Shown here: piece by piece, positions 53,930-64,000 of the stretch
How the letters are laid out: each line of letters begins with the position of its first letter
How positions within the stretch are numbered: the stretch's first letter is position 1
Source of the DNA: Torpedo marmorata
Taxonomy: Eukaryota
Direction of reading: 5' to 3'
Length of the DNA: 64,000 bases
NCBI GenBank assembly: GCA_977017645.1
Contig: OZ360224.1
Coordinates: 141,608,001 to 141,672,000, forward strand
Made by a program: the position numbers and the translations under genes
Notes under the pieces: model-generated
Databases searched by the model: none
The model's input: the letters and a program-made list of their open reading frames with translations, nothing else
Told to the model about the DNA's origin: nothing

Positions 53930-54920
53930 AAATACAAGTGAGCAAGATGTGAATTATATTTCAGTTAGCCTAGCATCTGCTGTTAGGAAATTACCGCAGT
54001 CCATAATTAAGGCTGGAGAGCATGAACACGTTGAAAGAGAGTTATCATGGATTTATAGTAGATAAATCACACCTGACACATCTGATTGAATTTTAAATAG
54101 ACGAGTTGACTAAAGTACTGGACAGGAAATTGTCTATGAATGTTATTTACATAGGCTTCCAAAAGCATTTAATACAGTTCCTCATAAGATAGTGCTAGTA
54201 ATTGTTGAAGTTCAGGAAAATTAATACAGATTATTGACCTGAGTGTAAAATAGATTGCATGACAGGAGACAAAGAGAAAGGCAAATGAGCAGGTAATCTG
54301 TTGGCAGGATGTGGAGTCTCAAACGTACCCGTGCTTCAACTGTTCATCATATTTTTATGAATAATTTAGATGATGGGAGAGATGGTAGCATTTTAAAAGT
54401 TCTGAATGAGCTGCATTACAATGGTATGGATGGACAGATAACATTTCAGAGAGAATAATGTTTCAGTAAATTAATTTCAGTGTGGGTAAATGCAAGATTA
54501 TCCATCTTGGACCAAAAACAAAGATATAACAGAATACTTTACAAATAATGAAAAGCCAGAAACACTGTAGCCCAACAAGATCTGTGGATCCATGCACACT
54601 GATTATTGAAATATCAGACAGATAATAGCCAAAAGTCTAATAGAATGCTGGTCTTTATAACCAGGAGATTAGTGGTCAGGGTGGGGATGGTGAAAATGTG
54701 AGGAGTGTTACGCGGGACATGGTTATGATCTGGAAGTCACCCAATGTAGGGCTGCTGAAATCAGACAACATTAAAGTTTTAAGAATGAAATTGGATAAAG
54801 TGAATGGAAAATGCTTCGTGGGGCTTCAGAAAAAGAGAAGAAAATGGCACTGACTGAATTAGTCAAGAGCTAGCATAGACCCAATAAACCAAATCACCTC
54901 CTTATCCGCTGTAACAATTC
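53930..54920 (+). mobile_element. Highly decayed CR1 LINE
   Basis: Scattered CR1 RT-like sequence, e.g. CTTCCAAAAGCATTTAATACAGTTCCTCATAAG and AAAGTCTAATAGAATGCTGG. Confidence 0.55.
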
Positions 54921-54939
54921 TAATCTATACTAATAGTTC

Positions 54940-55427
54940 AACGTTCAAAAGTTCAAAGTTCAGATTTATTGTCCCCATAAGAGGCCGTGATGCAGCCCTT
55001 CAGCACACTTTCCACTACACATCTGTAGAGGTTTACCAAACCTCTGCAAACTCCTGAGAAAGTAGAGGCGCTAACATGCTTTCTTCTCGATGATATTTGT
55101 GTGTTGGGTCCAGGAAAGGTCCTCTGAATAGTGACTCCCAGGAATTTAAATTTGCTCACCCTCTCCACCTCTGATACCCCAATGATCACTGGATCGTGCA
55201 CATCTGGTTTTCTCTTCCTGAAGTCCACAATCAGCTCCTTAGTTTTGGTGACATTGAGTGTGAGTTCTTTGTTAGTACACCATTCAGCCAAGTTTTCAAT
55301 CTCCTTCCTGTATGCTGACTCTTAGCCAACTTTTATACAACCCACTACCATGATATCATCAGCAAATTTGTAGATGGTGTTATTGTTGTACCGAGCCACA
55401 CAGTCATAGGTGTAAAGCGAGTAGAGT
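54940..55427 (-). mobile_element. Rex1-like LINE fragment with internal deletion
   Basis: LNVTKTKELIVDFRK...FKFLGVTI, with KFADD encoded at ~55355-55370 on the minus strand. Confidence 0.85.
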
Positions 55428-55916
55428 TTTAGAGCTAGAGTAGAGTAATAGTTTCAATTTTTAACTCCAAGCGAGCATTTGGTGAAGCTGGTGTAGAGTT
55501 TGGTCCGTGATAATGGACACAAGCTGAGAGCCTCACCATCATTTTTACTGCAGCATTCATGGTCATTGCTTCTCACACTTCAGTCTATTAATCATGATAC
55601 CATCACACTTCAGGGGAGCTGAAGCATCTTCCATATACTTTTCCACATTGTAACAGAGAACAGAGGCATGCTCAAACTTATTCCATGATCTTTGAGGCAT
55701 TGATCGCTGCATGAACAGACTGTGGTAAACCACTGTATATATGTTTGTAGTCGTCTGGACACGCCCCTTGCTGACTGTACCTGTGACTCCTCCCACAGAC
55801 CCCTGAATAAAGGCCATTGTGTTCCTACATAAATTCTAGTCTTTCGGAGTTATTGATGGTGCATCAATTTTATTCACATCATTTTTGATAATGGATCAGT
55901 ACCTGAAACTAGAAAA

Positions 55917-57952
55917 CATAGAAACATCGAAAATAGATGTAGTAGGCCATTTGGCCCTTCAAGCCTACACCGCCATTCGTTTTGATCATGGCTGATCATC
56001 CACTCAGTACCCAGCATCACCTCTCTGTCCAAACCCCCTGATCCCCTTTGTCACAAGTGCCAAATCTAACTCCCACTTAAATATAGCTAAGGAACCGGCC
56101 TCAACTACTTCCTGTGGCAGATAATTCCACAAATTCACCACCCTCTGAGTGAACATTTTTTTTCTCACCTCAGTCCTAAAAGACTTCCCCTTTATCCTTA
56201 AACTGTGACCCCTGGTTCTAGATTTCCCCAACATCGGGAACAACCTTCCTGCATCTAGCCTGTCCAATCCCTTAAGAATTTTGTACATTTCTATTAGACC
56301 TCCTCTTAATCTTCTAAATTCCAGCGAGAATAAGCCTAGTCGATCCAGCCTCTTTTCATATACAAGTCCCGCCATCCCTGGTATCAATCTAGTAAACTTT
56401 TTCTGCACTCTCTCTATGGCACTGATGTCTTTCCTCAGATAAGGAGACCAAAACTGAACACAATACTCCAGGTGAGGTCTCACCAAGGCCCTATACAACT
56501 GCATCAATACCTCTCTGCTCCTGTACTCGAATCCTCTTGATATGAACGCCAACATACCATTCGCTTTTTTTGCTGCTTGCTGCACCTGCATGCCCTCTTT
56601 CAATGACTGATGCACAGCGACACCCAGGTCTCTTTGCATCTCTCCTTTTCCTAATCGGATACCATTAAGAATACTCAGCCCTCCCATTCTTGCCACCAAC
56701 GTGGATAACCTCACACTTATCCACATTATATTGCATCTGCCATGCATTTGCCCACTCACTCAACCTGTCCAAGTCACCCTGCACCCTCTTAACATCCTCT
56801 ACACAGCTAACACTGCCACCCAGCTTCGTGTCGTCTGCAAACTTGGAAATGCTGTTTTCTATTCCCTCATCTAGATCATTAATATATATTGTAAATAACT
56901 GGGGTCCTGGCACTGAGCCTTGTGGTACCCACTAGTTACTGTCCGCCATTCCGAAAAGTACCCGTTTATTCCTACTCTTTGCTTCCTATCTGTCAACAAA
57001 TTTTCTATCCACCTCAATACCATACCCCCTATACCGTGTGCCTTAAGTTTGTACACCAATCTCCTGTGTAGGACCTTATCAAAAGCCTTCTGAACATCCA
57101 GGTATACCACATCCACTGGTTCTCCCTTATCCACCCTACTAGTTACATCCTCAAAAAATTCAATAAAACCATGCTGGCTCTGTCCAATGATTCCACCACT
57201 TTCCAGATGTGCCGCAATCACATCTTTAATAACTGACTCTAGCATTTTCCCCACTACCGATGTCAGGCTAATCGGTCTATAATTCCCTGTTTTCTCTCTC
57301 CCTCCCTTCTTAAAAAGTGGAGTTACATTAGCCACCCTCCAGTCCTCAAGAACTACTCCAGAATCTAAAGAGTTTTGAAAAATTATCACTAATGCATCCA
57401 CTATTTCATGGGCGACTTCCTTAAGCACTCTGGGATGCAGACTATCTGGCCCTGGGGATTTGTCTGCCTTTAATCCCTTCAATTTATCTAACACAACCTC
57501 ATGACTTACATTTATTTCCCTCAGTCTTTCCGTCACATTAGACCCAGGGTCCCTGACTATTTCCTGAAGATTATTCGTGTTTTCCCTAGTGAAGACTCAA
57601 CTAAAGTAGTTATTCAATTGTTCTGCCATGTCCTTGTTCCCCATGATCAATTCACCTGTTTCTGACCGTAAGGGACCCACATTTGTCTTAACTAATCTCT
57701 TTCTCTTTACATATCTATAAAAAACTTTTACAGTCATTTTTTATGTTTCCTGCCAACTTTCTCTCATAATCTCTTTTGCCTTTCCTGATTAATCCCTTTG
57801 TCTTCCTCTGTAGAACTCTGAATTTCTCCAAATCCTCAGGTATACTGTTTTTCCTTGCTAGTTTATACGCTTCCTCTTTAGAATTGATACTCTCCCTGAT
57901 TTCCCTTGTTAGCCATGGATGCACTACCCTCCTTGAGTTATTCTTTTTCCAA
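55917..57952 (-). mobile_element. CR1 LINE inserted into the Gypsy gag
   Basis: KSPGPDSLHPRVLKE, YLDVQKAFDKV, KFADDTKL and LYRALVRPHLEYC. AGAAAA is duplicated at 55911-16 and 57953-58. Confidence 0.94.
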
Positions 57953-58719
57953 AGAAAAGCTGGAACTCGACCCTCAATCACCCGAGGCATCCAACAGCTT
58001 CGAACACTGGCTGCGTTGTTTTGAAGCATTCCTGCGGGCCTCCGCTACTGCCGTCCGATCAGAGGATGAGAAACTGCAAGTACTACATTCTCGGGTCGGG
58101 CCCCGGGTATATTCAATGATCAGGGACGCCGAATCGTATCAGGAGGCCGTGGACATGCTGAAAGGCCAGTACCTGAAGAAGGTAAATGAGGTCTACGCTA
58201 GGCATCTCCTGGCTACCCAAAAAAAAAAACCCGGGGAATCGATTGCCAAGTACCATCGGATGGGCCAGTGGCTGCAAGGCCGTAACGGCCACGGCGAACA
58301 TGGAGGATCTCATTAGAGATGCCTATGTCGCGGGTATCCGATCCAATTACATACGGCAGAGACTGTTGGAGCACGGTGAGCTTAACTTGCAGAGGGCAGT
58401 TGACCTAGCAGGCACGCTAGAAGTGGCCCTCCAAGATATGTATGCTTACTCAGCCGACAACGCGGCCGCCTCGTGGTTACCGAGGGTGCTGCCATCTTGG
58501 GACGCGGGAGGGCCGCAAGCCTGCGGATCACCGCCACCGTCACGTCCCGTCAGCGACTCGACCACGGCCGCTATACTCTGTGAACAGATGAAGTGCAACT
58601 TCTGCGGCCTGAACAGGCATCCCAGAAAACGCTGCCCGGCGAAGGACACGGACTGCTCTAGCTGCGGGAAGAAGGGGCACTATGCGAAAGTCTGTAAGTC
58701 CAAACCGCCCTCAAGACCC

Positions 58720-58912
58720 AGCAGTACCGCGTGCGAGCAAGGGGCGCTGCCAACTTGGGCGCCGTCATCTTCCCAACTCAGCAGCACCGCATGTGAACAA
58801 TGGGGGCCGCCATCTTGGACGCTGCCATCTTGGGACCGAACACCCGAATATCACATCGCTTCTACAGCGCCATCTTGGGACAGAACACCCGAACACCCCA
58901 TCGCTTCTACGG
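58720..58912 (+). repeat. In-frame tandem repeats between the gag knuckles and protease (2 x 60 bp, 2 x 45 bp)
   Basis: SSTACEQGALPTW/SSTACEQWGPPSW and PSWDRTPEYHIAST/PSWDRTPEHPIAST. Confidence 0.85.
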
Positions 58913-61900
58913 AGCCCGACAGCGACTCCATACTGGCCTCCATCACGCTGGATCAAGGGATCCCCCATCAACTGGCCAGATCAATGATGGACATTGAGGT
59001 GGACGGCCACAAGACGAGCTGCCTGTTCGATAGTGGGAGCACGGAGAGCTTTATATACCCCGACACGGTACAGCGTTACTGCCTCATGGTAATGCCGGTA
59101 AGCCACAAAGTCTTCATTGCTTCAAAGTCCCATATGGCAGAGATTCGCGGTTACTGCGTAGTGACTCTGACTGAGCTGGGCACAGAGTACAAACACTTTA
59201 AACTACTTGTTATGTCACAGCTCTGCACTGCCGTGCTACTGGGGCTAGACTTTCAATGTCACCTTAAAAGCATGACATTGGAGTACGGTGGGCCCCATCC
59301 CCCCCTCACCGTCTGTAATCCGCAGTTTGTAAACCACCCACCGCAATTCACCCACAGAAGCTCCCCGGCCTCCCCTCCCACCGCGTCCAGCCAGCAACCT
59401 ACAGATTGCCCACCGTGCACGACCTGCGGCCTTTCTACCCTCCAGATCACCCCCCCACCACTTTTCGCTAACATTACCCCCGACTGTAAACCGGTTTCCA
59501 CCAAAAGTAGGCGATACAGTGCCGGGGACAGGGCTTTTATCAGGTCGGAGGTGCAGCGGCTGTTGAAGGAGGGGATCATTGAAGCCAGCACCAGCCCCTG
59601 GAGAGCCCAAGTGGTGATGGTAAAGAATGGGGAGAAAAACAGAATGGTCATTGATTATAGTCAGACCATCAACTGATATACGCGGCTGGACGCGTACTCT
59701 CCCCCTGCATAGCCGACATGGTGAACCAAATCGCCCAATACCAGGTATTCTCTACCATCGATTTATAGTCGGCATACCACCTACTCCCCATCCGCCCGGA
59801 GGACCGCCAATACACTGCCTTTGAGGCAGATGGCCACCTCTATCATTTCCTGAGGGTTCCCTTTGTGGTCCCAACGGGGTCTGGGTCTTCCAACGGGAGA
59901 TGGACCGAATAGTTGACCAGCACGGGCTCCAGGCCACATTCCCGTACCTGGATAACATTACCATTTGCGGCCATGACCTTCAGGATCATGAAGCCAATCT
60001 CCAAAAATTCCTCCAGACCGCCAAACTCCTCAACCTTACTTATAATAAGGATAAATGTGTCTTTGGCACAACCCGCCTGGCGATCCTTGGCTGCGTTGTA
60101 CAGGACGGAGTAATTGGCCCAGATCCAGACCACATGCGCCCCCTGTTGGAACTCCCCCTCCCCCACAGCCTCAAAGCCCTGAAAAGGTGCCTGGGGTTTT
60201 TCTCATATTATGCCCAGTGGGTCCCCAATTATGCAGACAAGGCCTGCCCCCTCGTCAAATCCACCTCTTTTCCCCTGACGTCAGAGGCCCGTGCAGCCTT
60301 CAGCCGCATCAAGGCGGACATCGCCAAAGCCGTGATGCACACTGTGGACGAATCCACACCGTTCCAGGTGGAGTGCGATGTGTCTGACTTCGCCCTGGCC
60401 GTCAACCTCAACCAAGGGGGCAGACCTGTAGCTTTCTTTTCCGGCACCCTCCAGGACCCATAAATCTGACACTCCTCTGTCGAGAAGGAGGTCCAAGCCA
60501 TTGTCGAGGTGGTACGGCACTGGAGACACTACCTCGCCGGAAAATGATTCACCTTGCTGACTGACCAACGTTCAGTTGCTTTTATGTTTAACAACCAACA
60601 GCGAGGCAAAATCAAAAATGACAAGATACTGAGGTGGAGAATCGAACTTTCCTCCAACAATTACGATATCTTGTACCGGCCCGGAAAATTCAATGAGCCC
60701 CCAGATGCCCTATCCCGCGGAACATGTGCCAGCGCACAAATAGACCGCTTACAAGCCATCTACAGCGACCTCTGCCATCCTGGGATCACCAGGTTCTTCC
60801 ACTTCATCAAAGGCCGCAACCTACCTTACTCCATCGAGGAGGTCAGGTCCATGACCAGGAACTGCCAGATCTGTGCGGAGTGCAAACCGCACTTCTATCA
60901 TCCAGACAGAGCGCAACTGATAAAAGCCACCCGCCCCTTTAAATGCCTGAGCATCGATTTCAAGGGACCCCTCCCCTTCTCTGACCGCAACGTGTACTCC
61001 CTCAACATTATTGACGAGTACTCACGTTTCCCATTCGCCATCCCCTGACCGGACATGCCCACGGCCACAGTCATCAAGGCCCTGCGCAATCTCTTCACCC
61101 TGTTCGGGTACCCCTGCTATATTCATAGCGACCTGGGGTCCTCTTTTATGAGTGATGAGCTGCGTCAGTACCTGCTGGCCAGAGGCATCGCCACGAGCAG
61201 GACCACCAGTTACAACTCCCGAGGGAACGGGCAGGTGGAGAGGGAGAATGTTACCTTCTGGAAGGCCACCCTCCTTGCCCTAAGGTCTAGAGGTCTTCCA
61301 GTCTCCCGCTGGCAAGATGTTCTCCCCGATGCGCTCCACTCAATCAGATTGCTCTTATGTACCGCCACCAATGCCACTCCACATGAGAGAATGCTTTCCT
61401 TCCCGAGGAAGTCCACTTCAGGAACCATGCTGCCATCCTGGCTGACGTCCCCAGGGCCGGTCCTACTCCGGAGGCATGCGAGGAGCCATAAACATGACCC
61501 ACTGGTTGAAAGGGTCCATCTCCTCCACGTCAACCCCCAATACGCCTACATGACATACTCTGATGGGCGGGAGGACACAGTCTCCATTCGGGACCTGGCA
61601 CCCTCAGGAGTCCCTGACACCATTGCCGACCACCCTGCCCTCCCCACCCCCCCCACCTACCACCACTACGATGCACCGTTGCCATGGCAAGCGACCCCAG
61701 CCCCTGGGGATGGCATACAAAATCGTCACCACGCAGCCACCAAGCCGGCGCCGACGACAGCACACAGGTGGTCCAAACAGGACTGGATGCAACAACTGCG
61801 CCACAGCCGGTACTACGACAGTCGCAGCGGCAGACCAGACCACCTGAAAGACTCAATTTGTGAAAACTTTTAATTCACTTCACCCCGCAGTACTCTTTTT

Positions 61901-64000
61901 TAAAAAGAAGGGGTGAATGTGGTAAACCACTGTATATTTGTAGTCGTCTGGACGCGCCCCTTACTGACTGTACCTGTGACTCCTTCCACAGACCCCTGAA
62001 TAAAGCCCATTGTGCCACAGCTCCCTCCCCAGTCCAGGACAGGCGACCAGCAGGAACGTGCCTTCCTTCCGATGTAAATAAAAGCCTATCAGTTCCTACA
62101 TAACTTCTAGTCTTTTGGAGTTATTGATGGTACATCACAGACAATTACAGAGAAACTAAATGAAGTACTCATAAGAAAAGAGCCATGTTTCCTGGAATTT
62201 CCCAAAGTGTCCTGTGATGGGAATCTATACTCACAGAGCTAGAATATCCTTGGAGTGTTTCCAAATGTTGACAAATTTTTCACATTTGGAAATTCACTGG
62301 CAATATTTACACTTGACAACTCAGAAAAGGGTGTGTCAACCATCCACAGAAAGAAGCTCTGCATTCCTTTACTTGGCTGCCTTTTGAGATGGCAACTATG
62401 GCGACCAGGAGAGGTGAAAGAGCGAGGGGAATGGAGAGAGAGAGGTGTGAGGAGAGAAACAGCACATTTGGGAGAGTAGGGAATAGAAGGCAGTGAAGTA
62501 TCGTGCACAAGTAATGTGGAGGCAAAGTCTGAAAGTTCTCACCTTATTGAGCTTCTGAGTAACGGTGTCAGAAACATGTATCACATGTATAGAGAACTTC
62601 CAAATTCCTTTTAGCATTAGCAGGTGGTGTAAAACTCTGACTCATGCTTTGTGCTGACCTGGGTTCTTATTAGGTATCAATGTTAATGTCATGAATTTAA
62701 TTTAAACATATCCACTTTGTTGATGCATCTTTTAAATTGACTTAGATATATCAGCCATTTGCCTGATTCCTTATTGTTTGGCGTGGTCTAAAATCCATAA
62801 TTGTGTTGGCAACATTTATTTTAGATTGCTGGTGGCTATAAAATAAATGGGAAAGAGATGTCTGAATATGCTGGAAAGCAGATTGAGACATTTCATATTT
62901 CCTGGTTCTTTTCACTCAAACAAATACACCAATAATGGAAAAATGTGGTTAACTCTGTTCTCCAACAGTAAGGGTAACCATTGAGATGCTCCATAGTTTT
63001 GGCAAAGATAAAATGTGCCTTTCTCTTTAATCTTTCTCATTTTACTTTACCTCTTGCCAGAGTATTTTGTTCATGAGACAGAGATATTGCTGGCAACACA
63101 GGCATTATTGTCTACCCCTAACTGAGGAGGCAATAAAGAGTCAACCATTCAGAGTTGGGTCAAATGGATTGATTTATAGTACTAAATGTTACAATCCCTG
63201 GCGTTTCAGTATTGGTTAGATTGATCCTCTCTCATAGTGTTAGTACGGTCGGTTGCCTCAATTACAATAATGGAGGATGACCACTAGGGAATATTATCCG
63301 GTATCGGACACCTCTTCAGTTGTATTCCTTGGTATCATTGGGTGTTTCGGCCTTTTAAATACAAGACGCCCTCTGCCAAGGCAGGCGAGCCAGACCAGGT
63401 AAGAATGACAAATTCCATGATGACTTTCCATCACTCCACTGATAAGTCTCTGGTGTTTATACAAGAAAAAAATAATTGACGATGAATATGCTAGGCAGGA
63501 ATGGTTATGTTCAAAATAACTGTCAGACTTGTGACTGCATAATACCAATGAAATACATTATCTCAGGAACTTCCCAGTATCATAGCCAATATTTTATTCC
63601 TACTTCCCCTCACTCAACTCTTATATTATTTTTTATGTGTTCTGCCTTTGCCTTTTACAAATTAGCATTGACCTTTCTTTTTTTCCCAAAGAAAATATAA
63701 TGCCAGTTTCGGTTAACTGCAAATTTTGAGCATGCCATGGTTTTCGAATAGAATATACGTCTAATGCAAAGGAACATTTTAAATGACTTGTTTATTGCTG
63801 CACAGTGCCATGATTTATATCCAGTGTTTTACAATGCATAGTGTGTTCTGAAGCGGAATTCACATAATCTCTGTGCACATCATTACTATTGCCTCAGCGA
63901 TTTACTACTGAGCAGATTCAACTGCAATCCTCACATTGCACAAGAGAAATAACATGTTCATGCAAAGCAGAAAAATTCCAAACTGTCCAAAGTGTCCAAC

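Larger units (their letters stand above)
55721..62137 (+). mobile_element. Full-length degenerate Gypsy (Metaviridae) LTR retrotransposon with 5-bp TSD
   Basis: LTRs 55721-55866 and 61918-62137 (TG...CA), TSD CAGAC, PPT 61902-61917. gag starts ATG 55891 (MDQYLKLEK|LELDPQ), followed by two Cys/His knuckles, protease LFDSGS, RT, RNase H and integrase (SIDFKG, HSDLG, GNGQVERE) in Gypsy order, with several stops and frameshifts. Confidence 0.96.

Overview
Vertebrate genomic DNA, most likely a cartilaginous fish (inferred from HE1-type V-SINEs plus CR1, Rex1-like, Penelope and L1 elements). The one host protein-coding gene is OSR1 (odd-skipped related 1, + strand): coding exons 10825-11468 and 11893-12028, 259 aa, three C2H2 fingers, with a probable non-coding first exon in a CpG island near 3.7-4.2 kb. 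The first ~16 kb is CpG-retaining and TE-poor. The rest is a TE-dense gene desert with nested insertions and a few candidate conserved non-coding elements. Main finding: the OSR1 3' UTR holds a decayed exon (12335-12524) that aligns to OSR2-type zinc fingers 4-5, with an in-phase splice donor and acceptor still present. This looks like a fossil of an ancestral five-finger Osr1. Other highlights are three Penelope hammerhead ribozymes, a Gypsy element with a self-priming-like PBS and a YLDN RT motif, and two solo LTRs with an apparent antisense promoter and splice donor. All alignments and family assignments were done by eye from recalled sequences, and boundaries of old repeats are approximate.
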